Assembly (NCBI GenBank): GCA_951406725.2
Contig: OX597826.1
Span: 70,680,001 to 70,744,000 of the forward strand
Length of the DNA: 64,000 bases
Reading direction: 5' to 3'
Origin: Octopus vulgaris
Lineage: Eukaryota
Of the stretch, positions 12,710-25,443 are shown one piece after another. Below the pieces are notes generated by a model. It did no database searches, was not told the DNA's origin, and was given only the letters and a program-made list of their open reading frames with translations. Made by a program: the position numbers and the translations under genes. Numbering within the stretch: position 1 is the stretch's first letter; each line of letters opens with the position of its first letter.

Positions 12710-13020
12710 CGAGGCGTGCTGAAAAGTTCCTGGCTTTGGGTAAAAGAAAATACAGGAGGATCAGTTAATTATGATTTTATTCAACATATTCATTCTCCTC
12801 TCAGATTCACATACTCATTGCAGCGGTCCTTCAGTTTTTCTAAGCTCTGTAGAAAAATTTGGAAAGTTGGGCCTCCAACCAGGCCTCTGTAGTAGCGATC
12901 ACTTCCATATTGGAGTGAAATTTCGTTTCTTTGAGATGTTTCTTCAATTGTGGAAAGAGGTGTTTGTTGGAGGGGGTCAAATCAGGAGTGTAAGGTGAAT
13001 GGTCTACCAATTCGAAACCA
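12710..13020 (-). mobile_element. mariner transposase C-terminal fragment with right TIR
   Basis: Minus strand GFELVDHSPYTPDLTPSNKHLFPQLKKHLKETKFHSNMEV..., frameshifted end KLKDRCNEYVNLRENEYVE*; terminus TA|cgaggcgtgctgaaaagttcc. Confidence 0.85.
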
Positions 13021-13024
13021 AGAC

Positions 13025-13330
13025 ACCAATCGCTCTGTCAGCTAATGACCAAGATCGAGGAGGTGTTCGAGGGTCTTCCCAGGAACCCAGCGAGGAACGC
13101 ATGTGCCACATTCCGGAGTCGTCTTGAGGCCATGGTGGAAGCTGAGGGCAGCTATTTTATCTGATATCTCTCAGCCATATTCTAGTTGATATTTTTTGGG
13201 AAACTGATATCTCACAGCCATAATCCAGCTGATATGTTTTTTGTTTTTTTTAAATACTTTTATTTTGGAATTGGATATCGTGTTTTCTTTTCTTTTTATG
13301 TAAACTGTCAAATCTAGCGCGAACACCCTG
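13025..13330 (+). mobile_element. Tc1/mariner-superfamily (maT/DD37D-like) C-terminal fragment with right TIR
   Basis: LMTKIEEVFEGLPRNPARNACATFRSRLEAMVEAEGSYFI*; ends aacaccctg|TA. Confidence 0.7.
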
Positions 13331-14260
13331 TATTCGATTAAGCGGTCCTGGTTATGTACATCTAGAAACAAATAACGAGATGTTATTAACAGATGGAATA
13401 GGATTATATGTCAGACAAAAAGCACATAATTTATAAAAAATGCTTGCAAAATACGCAATCAGCGGAAAGGATTAATAGGGTGCATTATTAAAGATAAAAA
13501 ATTATAACAAAATACAAAAGAAGCTGTTGAAATATTAACACCATTCAACTATTTCGTTCAATTGCATGAGAAACTTGTCTCCACGGTTTCTAGAAATATT
13601 TCCGCCATTGTCTGTATTAGAAGGAGTTTTATGTTTAATAGTAAATATTCATATTTGTTCATCTCGGTATTTGTATCATATATCGTCCATTTTTTCTGGT
13701 ATAGGGTTTTGTTATACGAGTTATTTTTTGACTTGGAATTCCGATTTAACTCTTACGAAACCACACCATTAATCATCGTCGTCGGCTGCCTGTCGTAGGT
13801 CGATGTTGGCTGTTCCGTTGAGAAACAAAACGTCTTTAGACGGGGAGTAAGGCAGTTGGCGCTTCCCCCACCACCAGACTACCGCTCTGGGCCAGCACAC
13901 CAAATCATGAGATTTACAACAGTGCAACGAGGCTGCCCCGCTGTAGCAGCTCACTCGGTAGTTGATGGGCAACCATCGTTTGATGGTACAGATCTTCCGC
14001 TTGATTCCAATAATTTTCCCAGAAACAGATGTAAGACTATATCTATAACTTTTCCCTTATAAATGTTCTGAAAACTATTCACAGCCTTGACTTTGTCATC
14101 TCATTTTGTCTAATATATATATATATAAATATATGCATGCTAATACAAGACCCAAATTAGACTCCTCACTCGTATCATTATAGAACCAAGAGTTTAATCA
14201 TGGTCTATCCATAGCACTTAGCGTTACCTACCACTCTTTGGGTCTTCTAGATACCAATAC

Positions 14261-14310
<50 letters not shown>

Positions 14311-14322
<12 letters not shown>

Positions 14323-14737
14323 TTAGAGACAAAACCACTATTTTGCAAAACAAACAAGGAAAGACTTAATCAATACATAAAATTTTAATAAAAGTCAAAA
14401 AAACCGCCACTACAATTGTTTCTTGTCCTGATCGACAATCTTCAGGTGGACTTCCAATTTTCAAGTCAGTTTCAAATAATGACTTCATTATTTGAAACTG
14501 ACTTGAAAATTGAAGTCCACCTGAAGATTGTCGATCAGGACAAGAAACAATTGTAGTGGCGGTTTTTTTGACTTTTTATTAAAATTTTATGTATTGATTA
14601 AGTCTTTCCTTGTTTGTTTTGCAAAATAGTGGTTTTGTCTCTAATAATATTATATAATATTTTACTATAAAATTGGATTTAATCTTAAATCTGATTTTTT
14701 CCCTGTAAATTTGGATTTATTCCCTAATATTTATTAT
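14311..14737 (+). mobile_element. (TA)n-embedded Penelope-like element with fold-back inverted duplication
   Basis: 14311-14482 is the reverse complement of 14485-14656 (few 1-nt indels); unique 3' end 14657-14737 is shared with 16536-16617(-) and 29610-29692. Confidence 0.75.
14517..14559 (+). ncRNA. Type I hammerhead ribozyme motif (mirror copy on - strand at 14407-14449)
   Basis: ccac CTGAAGA ttgtc-gatcag-gacaa GAAA caattg TA gtgg: stem I, conserved core, stem II, palindromic short stem III, GUA cleavage triplet. Confidence 0.8.
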
Positions 14738-14855
14738 ATATATATATATATATATATATATCAAAATATAAATAATATATATATATATATAAGAATTTTT
14801 TGCGTAATAATATAAAAAAACCAAGGCTGTGTAGATATTAGACCATTTATAGATA

Positions 14856-14908
14856 GGTCTTACAGCTGTTTCAAGGATATTTATTAATAATTTCCCTTCA
14901 TCGGAGCC
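14856..14908 (-). ncRNA. Degenerate type I hammerhead motif of a second (TA)n-embedded family
   Basis: Minus strand ggct CCGATGA agg..AT-rich loop..cctt GAAA cagctg TA agacc; core U4 replaced by C and stem I imperfect. Confidence 0.5.
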
Positions 14909-14967
14909 GGTGTCAGAGGAAAGTTAAATCATAGTCAGTTTAGATGTGATACAAAATAGAGTGAGGT

Positions 14968-15035
<68 letters not shown>

Positions 15036-15346
15036 TTATTTATTTATTGCACTAATCCTATATATCTCTATAGCAACACACTGAACATAGAAGCACATGC
15101 GCGCTCACTTGTATGCACGCGCGCGTGCGCAAACACACTCTAGCACGTAAGTATAACTTAAGTATTAAATCCATCCAACAGGAACACTACACACACTCTC
15201 GCAATCCTATATACACATATACATTCAACCACAACTGGTAAACCATTTGACTTTGCAGCAGTGCACACACTTTTACTCAAACCACCACCAACACACATAT
15301 TTCCATGCACCACAATACACTGCACAGAAGTATGCTTTAGGGAACA

Positions 15347-15390
<44 letters not shown>

Positions 15391-15515
15391 TACATTAATT
15401 CTTTGCACTCCTGCTACCACACACATTTATAACATCACATGCACATGTTCACAAATGCATAAACTCTAGCTTGACACTCTCTCACATGCATACAAATACA
15501 CAAAACACGCCCCCA

Positions 15516-15556
<41 letters not shown>

Positions 15557-15592
15557 AACAGTAATTATCACATGAACTTAACATGATGTGTG

Positions 15593-15627
<35 letters not shown>

Positions 15628-15700
15628 TCGTGCTTGTTTATACTGTAAAACTGTGTGTTATCAGTGTGTTTGTGTACGTGAGCGACAGAGATAGAGCTAG

Positions 15701-15742
<42 letters not shown>

Positions 15743-16116
15743 TTAGAGAGAGAGAGCGAGATAGAGAGAGACAGAGATAGAGAGATGCTTGTGTTATACT
15801 TCTATGTATATATGACGTAAACACTCTATGTTAGGCCCTAAATACCATACATACAAAAACACACACATACACATACACACATTGGTATACCTGGTGATTG
15901 ACAAAGACCTAATTGCACGGGCAATTAGTAATATGGATATATCGACTTACTTATTGATTGAGTAAGACTGTCTTGACGCTACAGGTTAGTTAATCTGGAG
16001 CCGATCTTTGTTTACATGGCGTAAAAACGACCGAGACTACCAGACTCCATCTTGAACGGAATGCCAGTCAGCAGCTATGTTAATCTCCAGGTGTAGCCGG
16101 TACTTATTCTCAGTTA

Positions 16117-16316
16117 GGGCGGCGAGCTGGCAGAATCGTTAGCACGCCGGGCGAAATGCTTAGCAGTATTTCGTCTGCCTCTACGTTCTGAGTTCAAATT
16201 CCGCCGAGGTTGACTTTGCCTTTCATCCTTTCGGGGTCGATAAATTAAGTTTAATCCGTTTGTCTGTCCTTGTTTGTTTTCTGTGTTTAGTCCCTTGTGG
16301 GTAGTAAAGAAATAGG
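16117..16316 (+). mobile_element. SINE family A monomer with internal deletion
   Basis: Head and tail match family A. Confidence 0.85.
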
Positions 16317-16324
16317 TACATATT

Positions 16325-16477
16325 CTCAATTTCCGTCTACCAAATCCACTCACAAGGCTTTGGTCGGCCCGAGGCTATAGTAGAAGACACATGCCCAAGG
16401 TGCCACGCAGTAGGACTGAACCCGGAACCATGTGGTTTGTAAGCAAGCTACTTACCACACAGCCACTCCTATGCCTA
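16325..16477 (-). mobile_element. SINE family B, 5' half
   Basis: Reverse complement of the head at 51776. Confidence 0.85.
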
Positions 16478-16478
16478 C

Positions 16479-16509
<31 letters not shown>

Positions 16510-16535
16510 CATACATACATACATCTATATATATA

Positions 16536-16842
16536 TAATAAAATATTAGGGAATAAACCCAAACTTACAGAGAAAAATCAGATTTAGGATTGAATCCAAT
16601 TTTATAGTAAAATATTATATTATATTAAATCAGAGATAAAACCACTATTAGGCAAATCATACAATGAAAAACTTAAGCCAATACATAAGATTATTTAATT
16701 TATATTATTTAAATATATATCAAAATTATTTAAAAAAAATAATTTTGATATATATTTAAATAATATAAATTAAATAATCTTATGTATTGGCTTAAGTTTT
16801 TCATTGTATGATTTGCCTAATAGTGGTTTTATCTCTGATTTA

Positions 16843-16850
<8 letters not shown>
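16536..16850 (-). mobile_element. Second fold-back copy of the (TA)n-targeting Penelope-like family
   Basis: Palindrome 16618-16850 with 5-nt A loop at 16732-16736; 16536-16617 matches the reverse complement of 14657-14737; flanked by (TA)n. Confidence 0.75.
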
Positions 16851-16896
<46 letters not shown>

Positions 16897-17207
16897 AAGA
16901 GAGAAGGGGATAGGGGTATGATGCAACAAATACCGCATATGATACAACAAATACACACACACACAAACACACTGACACACACACACACTCATATCCTCCA
17001 CACCCAGAAACACACACGCAGACATTTTCTTCATTCGTATCTCTTAAGTTGCTACTTTTAGAACCGTTTGTTTGGAAACTGAATAAAATTAGACAGGAAA
17101 ACATTGTACGCTTGATATAGTTCATACGAATTGCATACTAAAAGTTTATAAAATTAGCATGCACACACACACACATACATACATGCATACATACATATGT
17201 ACGTATG

Positions 17208-17289
<82 letters not shown>

Positions 17290-17539
17290 CACACACACAC
17301 ATGCATGTATGTGTGTGAAAACATAGACATCTCTTTCTTGTTGTAGTCATTAGACGGCGGCCATACTGGAGCACCGCTCTGAAGAATTTTGGTGGTCCTA
17401 CGAATCGATCCCGGTACTTATTTTTTTAAAGGCTGGTGCTTATTCTGTCATTTTTGCCGAACTGCTAAGTTACGGTTACGTAAATACAATACCACCAGTT
17501 GTTAGCCACAAATATGCATACACACGCACACACACACAC

Positions 17540-17593
<54 letters not shown>

Positions 17594-17629
17594 CACACAT
17601 GCATTACATAAATTAATATAAACCGTAGT

Positions 17630-17862
17630 AGGGCAGCGAGCTGGAAGAATCGTTAGCACACCGGGCGAAATGCTTAGTGTATTTCGCCTGTCGCTACGGT
17701 CTGAGTTCAAATTCCGCCCAGGTCGACTTTACCTTTCACCCTTTCGGGCTCGATTAAATAAGTACCAGTTACGTACTGGGGTCGCTATAATCGACTTAAT
17801 CCCTTTGTCTGTCCTTGTTTGTCTCCTCTATGTTTAGCTCCCTGAGGGCAATAAAGAAATAA
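17630..17862 (+). mobile_element. SINE family A monomer
   Basis: Full head-to-tail match to family A. Confidence 0.85.
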
Positions 17863-18534
17863 ATATAAATAGTAGTTCGCAATGTTTCTCCAAAAAGGAG
17901 TATCATAATTGTCACTAAATGTTACTAGGGTGTTAGAAACACCTACATTGCTAGAAATAAGAGCTAAAATGCTCTAGTGTTGTAGTCAACGCACATAAAT
18001 ATAAGTATATACGCTAATAAGGACCTTAATCGTCCGAAAAATGCCGATCGATAATTCTTAATACTGACATCAGTTTCGACAATTTCCGTTGCTTCATCAG
18101 TTAAGACTGGCTTAAAGTTCGGCTCTTACCATGTCGACACGAGCGTTTTTCACTTTCCGCCTGCCAGATTCACTCAGACTGACTTGGTGCTTCAACGTAA
18201 GTACCTGATGCAAGTGAATCTTAATTGCATATATATATATATATATATTATTCAAAGGAATTCGAACTCTGTTTTTTATGTTTTATTTATATTCTTTATA
18301 ATATTAATGTAGAATATAGAATATATAGTATAAATAGCATATATATAGAGTAAAATGAAATGAAGTATTGATTGTCTTATTGAATAGATGAAATATTGAA
18401 TATCAAATATTAAGGGACTAGTATACTTTATTGCATTAAAGCAGTCTTCAAGGTCCCAGATTGTGACAGGAGTGTATATTCTTTTACTTTTTACTCATTT
18501 CAGTCATTTGACTGCGGCCATGCTGAAGCACCAC

Positions 18535-18588
<54 letters not shown>

Positions 18589-18906
18589 GTGTGTGTGTGT
18601 ATGCAAGCATTTGTACGCATAAAGTTTGATGATCGGGAAAGTGAAGTTCGCACGGGTAGATATGAGATGCCAGCCTCAAGAACTATATACGTATGCACGC
18701 ACACACACACATAACACACACGCACACACACACACACACAACACACACATGCACACACACACACGCATGCACACACGCGCGCACACAGACACACATTCAT
18801 GCATACATACATACATACACAAACGCGCGCGCACAAACACACATGGATAAGATACAAATAGATATAGATAGATCTATATGCGTGTGTGTGTGCGAGTGTG
18901 CGTGTA

Positions 18907-18973
<67 letters not shown>

Positions 18974-19662
18974 GTGTATGAATATGTGTGTATGAGACGT
19001 GTATTTTGGTACAATTTCATCATATTACTTGGAAACCTAACAACATCTTTCACAAAACAAGTCATTTGATACTCAGGTGAAAACTCGAAGCCACGTCTGA
19101 TACCAGAGTAATACTAACGATTCAAGCGTCTCTCTTATAAAATAAATCTTATTGTGGAACGTAGTTCAAGTAGCTCTTAGAGTATCAAACTCTAACTGAG
19201 AATGCACTTAATTTCGTTTCTTTTGTTGCACTTGCGCAGAAGAAAAACCTGTGTGTAATTTCAACCCTCATAAATAAACACGCGTACACAAACACATACA
19301 CAAACGCACACACACTCACTCATATATATATATATATATATATTTGCGTGTGTTTGCATGTGTGTCTGTCTTGCTTTCGCTGTCTTTATATTTATATACT
19401 ACACACACAACCACACACACACACACACACACACACAAAAAAAAAAAATAATAAATGATGTTGCTATGTGGGAAGATGTGTACCCCACCGACCACATGGT
19501 TCCGGGTTCAGTCCTCCTGCATTGCACTTTGGGTAAGTGTCTTCTACTTCAGCCTCGGTCAGACTAAAGCCCTGTGAATGGATTTGGTAGTCGGAAACTG
19601 AAAGAATCCTGTCGAGTATATATTTTTGCTTGTATGTTATTACTATTATTATTATTATTATT

Positions 19663-19701
<39 letters not shown>

Positions 19702-19709
19702 ATTATTAA

Positions 19710-19763
<54 letters not shown>

Positions 19764-19764
19764 C

Positions 19765-19930
19765 ATAAAAATAACATTGAAAAATACTTTAGGATTGAGA
19801 ACCCAGGTTCGAAATTTCCCCCAAGACACCTGATGAAGGCTGGAGGCTATATCAGCCGAAACGTTGTGTTAACAACAAACAAGATGAGGATAAATATCTG
19901 TCGAATGTAAATAATGCAAATAATGTAAAT
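19765..19930 (+). mobile_element. 3' part of the hammerhead-tailed element (same family as 36451-36969)
   Basis: Matches the reverse complement of 36451-36600. Confidence 0.75.
19825..19870 (+). ncRNA. Minimal type I hammerhead motif (Penelope-type)
   Basis: gacac CTGATGA a-ggctg-loop-cagcc GAAA cg TT gtgtt; loopless stem III as in dimer-dependent PLE hammerheads; GUU triplet. Confidence 0.7.
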
Positions 19931-20558
19931 TATGTATGTATGCATGTATGTATGTATATGCACAAATAGATGTGTGTTAGTGTGTCGTGGAGTATATATG
20001 TATGTGTATATATGTGGGTATGTGTATATGTAAACGTAGGTATGTATGTGTGTACACATGCATGTACATACATGTACATATGTATGAATGTATTGTATTG
20101 AAAAAAACATGCCTGGAATTTTTTCTTATGGTCGTATATTTTCTTTAAAATTTATATGTATCAAAATTCATCAACGTCTTTTGGACTTTAGCGTACCCAT
20201 CTCCCTGATACATTTCTCACTCTTTATAAGAGTCAGAATTATGATTGCTATTTATTCTGCTTTGTGATAAGCATGCGCGTCTTATCAATGTTATTCTTTT
20301 AGTATTTTGCTTCCATTATTAACTAACGGGTCTTGTGAGTAATACAGTCATGGGTACTGATCCTTGTTATAAGCGCATGATAAACCGGAAAGAGTTTCGT
20401 AAATGAATTCACCAAGTTAACAACTTTTATGTTTCAATCGAATGTCTATATCACATTTACCATTAGCAATTTGTACGTGGACACAAATGCCCATTGTTTA
20501 TTATTGACCAAGAAGTTTTGAACTTTTAGTATTTTTATAGTATTTTACTTACAGCTGT

Positions 20559-20929
20559 GTGAAGGCGCAATAGCCTAGTGGCTAGGGCAGCGGACTTGCG
20601 GTCGTAGGATCGCGATTTCGATTCCCAGACCAGGCGTTGTGAGTGTTTATGGAGCGAAAACACCTACAGCTCCCCGAGGCTCCAGCAGGGGGTGGTGGTG
20701 AACTCTGCTGTACTCATTTACCACAACTTTCTTTCACTCTTTCTACCTGTATCTCTTGTACCTGTATTTCAAAAGGCCAGTCTTGTCACACTATGTGTCA
20801 CGCTGAATCTCCCCGAGGGTACACGTGTCTGTGGAGTGCTCAGCCACTTGCACGTTAATTTCACGAGCAGGCTGCTCCGTTGATCGGATCAAGTGGAACC
20901 CTCGTCGTCGTAACCGACGGAGTGCCACG
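20559..20929 (+). mobile_element. Full-length SINE family C, 12-bp TSD
   Basis: TSD acttacagctgt at 20547-20558 and 20930-20941; tRNA-like A and B boxes. Confidence 0.9.
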
Positions 20930-21042
20930 ACTTACAGCTGTAGGAGATTTTATCTGTTTATATTCTCTTTCCCAATTAAATGTTTTTATTAGTGATGCCA
21001 AATATTTAGATTTTTTCATTTTTTATTTTACTCTGTCGTACA

Positions 21043-21345
21043 TCTTTATATTATATATAAAAGTGAAGTTGTGTGTCTGTCTCCTACGATTTAGATTCCT
21101 AACTACTCTCACATTTCGCGGTGCAGTTTAACCAAAACCGGGTATCTTATAGTCGTGATTCACATCGAGCCCTTCTGGGTATTACCGTGCGTCTACGATG
21201 AGTCTACGATTTAAAAAAAAATTTACCATCATTTTTTCCCATTTTTAATGCATTTTTTGCTGTTATATAAGGGAAGTAACTCTCGAAAAATGCTTTTATA
21301 GTTATTTCCCTTACAAACCCGAGCAACGCCGGGCGATACTGCTAG
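21043..21345 (+). mobile_element. Non-autonomous Helitron-like element, different interior
   Basis: A|TC start; cccgagcaacgccgggcgatactgCTAG|T end nearly identical to 7746-8098. Confidence 0.75.
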
Positions 21346-22173
21346 TTACTTATATTGGTTTATGGTTTGGTTCGTGCACTTTGTATTTCTATTTGATGAG
21401 GATTTTGTTCATCTATTTTTATGCTGTATTCACCTATTTTTATACTCAGGAATCATTGGATTCATGTAATATACAAACACTTTATGTGTGATTTGTGTAC
21501 ATTTAATATGTGAAGTGAGATACATTTATTGTATTGTATTTGTGCTTGTGTTGTTCTATGTCTTGGTCTATTAGTTAACTTGATAATTCATTGTTGATTC
21601 GTGTACGTTTTGCTCGGTAAATTATTTCAAATCTAGTGCTTCGTTTTTGAAGGAGAACTCTAAATGATCTTCAAAGCAGAAATATCTCTGCTGACGCTTT
21701 GCATCTGTGTGGATAGCTATTCCTTGATTCCATTCAAATACAGACATTTATTTTTATCTTTGTTGCAGACGAGGATCATGTTACTGTTATTTCCTATCTA
21801 TATATTTACACGCAACGATGGAGTTATTTTATTGCAAGTAATTTTATTTGTATTATTATGGATAGTGAACTCTAATACTGAATCGTTTTCGGAATCTTCT
21901 TTTAATTTCTTATGTCTTTCAGCGTGTCCATTATGACGAGTATATCGATAACGTACATAAGAGTTATAATACGATTTGCCTTGATTACATTTTGCTTTCT
22001 GTTATGGCCATGTAGAACACTGTTAGATGGGCCCTAAGCAATGACTACTAGAAATCTGACTGGAATTGAACAATGCGCACAATTCATTTACCATCAAAAA
22101 CTCCAAACGTGGCTTTGTTACCACGTGACCATCGAACGGCTTTGCGACTTCGTGTCCAAGAGCATATAATTTA

Positions 22174-23506
22174 TTGGGTTGTCCGGAAAGTTCGTGCCGA
22201 TTTATAGTAGCTTACCTTTCGACTTATTTTAGAACATGGTTGAATCCATAAAATAGGATTTAACTACACCTCCACTTAGAGCAGAGTTTAAGCTATCTTT
22301 TCGTGGAAGAAGATGTATGTTCCTAACCTTAAGCTATCTTTTCGTGGAAGAAGATGTATGTTCCTAACCTTAACCTGTGTTACTTCTGTAACCCTTTAAA
22401 CTGGAAGATAAGAAAGTTCATTTTCGGAACTTGATGCTTTTCTTTTTCCGTAAAGGGAAAAATGCTTCACAAGCAACCAAAGAAATATGCGCAGTTTACA
22501 GTGATGTTTCTTTATCCGAAAGAAGTATACGGAAGTGGTTCGCAAGGTTCCGAGCTGGAGATTGTAGCCTTATTGATAAAGAGCGATCAGGCAGACCATC
22601 CACTACAGATGATGACAAAATCAAGTCATTACTTGAGAATAACTCGCGTTGCACAACCCGAGAATTGGCAGAAAGCCTCAACCTATTAAGATCCGTCGTT
22701 CATGAGCACCTGGTAAAGCTTGGGTACACAAATCGCTACGATGTTTGGGTACGACATAAGCTGAACGAGAAGAACCTTTTGGATCGCATTTCCATCTGTG
22801 ATTCGCTTTATAAACGGAATGAAAACGCGCCTTTTTTAAAGCAAATTGCGACAGGTGATGAGAAATGGATTATCTACCGAAATGTTCAGAGAAAGTGATC
22901 CTGGAGTAAGCGACATGAGCCACCCTTAGCCACCCCAAAAGCGGGGTCTTCACCCTAAAAATGTCTTGCTTTGTGTCTGGTGGGAGTGGAAAAGAATTCT
23001 GTACTATGAGCTTCTCCCAAGTAACCAGACAATTAATTCTGAGAAATACTGCTGCACACAAATGGACGAGTTAAAAGCAGCAATTCAAGAAAAACGTCCA
23101 GCATTGGCCATCAGGAAGGATGTTGTTTTCCAACATGATAATGCAAGACCGCACGTTTCTTTGGGAACCAGACAAAAATTGCTGCAGCTCGGCTGGGATG
23201 TGTTACCCCACCCTCCATATTCGCCACAGAATGCTCCTTCGGATCTCCACTTATTCAGGTCTCAGTAGAATAGTCTTAATGGTAACAATTTCAATTCCTT
23301 GGATGACGTAAAAAGATGCCTTGATGAATTCTTTGCCATGAAACCACCTCAGTTCTGGGAAGAGAGTATTTTCAAGTTAAAGGAAAGATGGAGACGCATT
23401 GTGCAAGAAAATGGTTCATATTTGGTTGATTAAAAATGTAATGGCAAGTATTTATTGACCTTTTCCTTTCCTTTAAAAATCGGCACGAACCTTCCGGACA
23501 ACCCAA
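22174..23506 (+). mobile_element. Full-length mariner (DD34D) DNA transposon
   Basis: TIR ttgggttgtccggaaagttcgtgccgattt and its complement (1 mismatch); TA TSD at 22172-22173 and 23507-23508; 42-bp tandem duplication at about 22288-22372. Confidence 0.97.
22401..23433 (+). pseudogene. Inactivated mariner transposase (mellifera-subfamily-like)
   Basis: Start mutated to CTG; motifs RSGRP, WVRHKL, TGDEKW, HDNARPH, HPPYSPQNAPSD with 34 residues between D2 and D3; stops at 22896 and 23266; +1 frameshift near 22945. Confidence 0.95.
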
Positions 23507-23939
23507 TACTTCCGACGAATTAATTTTCATGTTTCGCGCAGAAGAAATTGTCGATCGCCATTTTCGCTGTTAGTATTTCGGCCATACTAATTGCCTCTTC
23601 CAAGTTGCTCATGCACTTCCCTTCAAATTTATTATTCTCTACCGCTGCTTTGCTTCACCTTATCGATTCTTCTCTAATGGATCACCTCAGTCTCAACACC
23701 AGGTGTCGATGACAGTTTCTGTCAAATCTCACTTAACTAATTTGCTAATCCGATTTCCGTGCAAAGAATAACACACACAGTTTCCAGTATGACGATGCTT
23801 CTCTATGAATCATATATCTACGTTGATCATGCAAATCTTAAACTTGTGATCAGTGTAACCGACCAGCCAGTGACCTCACAAGCACGATGACATGGAGTGG
23901 TTTATTGATGGCTACATTGGAACATTCGAAAAATCCAGT

Positions 23940-23989
<50 letters not shown>

Positions 23990-24050
23990 GTGCATATGTG
24001 TGTGCATATATATATATATGGAGGCGCTGTGTGTGCATATATATATATAT

Positions 24051-24360
24051 GGAGGCGCTAGGCTTAGTGGTTAGGGTGTCAACATCATGATCGTAAGATT
24101 GTGGTTTCGATTTCTGGACCGGGCAACGCGTTGTGTTCTTGAGCAAAACACTTCATTTCACGTTGCTCCAGTCCACTCAGCTGGCAAAAATGAGTAACGC
24201 TGCGATGGTCTGGCGTCCCATCCAGCTGGGGCAACCGGGCCCATGAACCTAGCTAGGCTTTAAAAGGGCGCATTTATTTCTGCGATGGACTGGTGTCCCG
24301 TCCAGCTGGGGGGAGCACATACGCCACAGAAACCGGGAAACCGGGCTTGAAAAGGGCGAC
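24051..24360 (+). mobile_element. tRNA-derived SINE with internally duplicated tail
   Basis: Head ggaggcgctaggcttagtggttaggg...ggtttcgatt; tail segment ctgcgatgg.ctgg.gtccc.tccagctgggg...aaagggcg occurs twice. Confidence 0.75.
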
Positions 24361-24591
24361 ATATATATATATATATAATTGCTCTTTTCTCCATTATCCC
24401 AGTATATGCTCAATATGTTATTTCAGTTATCCGCTACCTCAAAGGAGTGGAACGTTACCAAACACTCCTTTAGACGCATAAAGTGGTCTGGCCCAAGGTC
24501 GTCTTAAAAGTAAAGTCATTTGCTCAACGACTTCAAGTCACTGAATTTCGATATTGTTGCGATCAACAGGACTAGGACAACAACAACAACG

Positions 24592-25443
<852 letters not shown>

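Noticed and set aside
20559-20635. tRNA gene calls for SINE heads (also 5541, 11244, 32450, 60231)
   Set aside because: Heads continue into shared SINE bodies with TSDs and lack a proper cloverleaf
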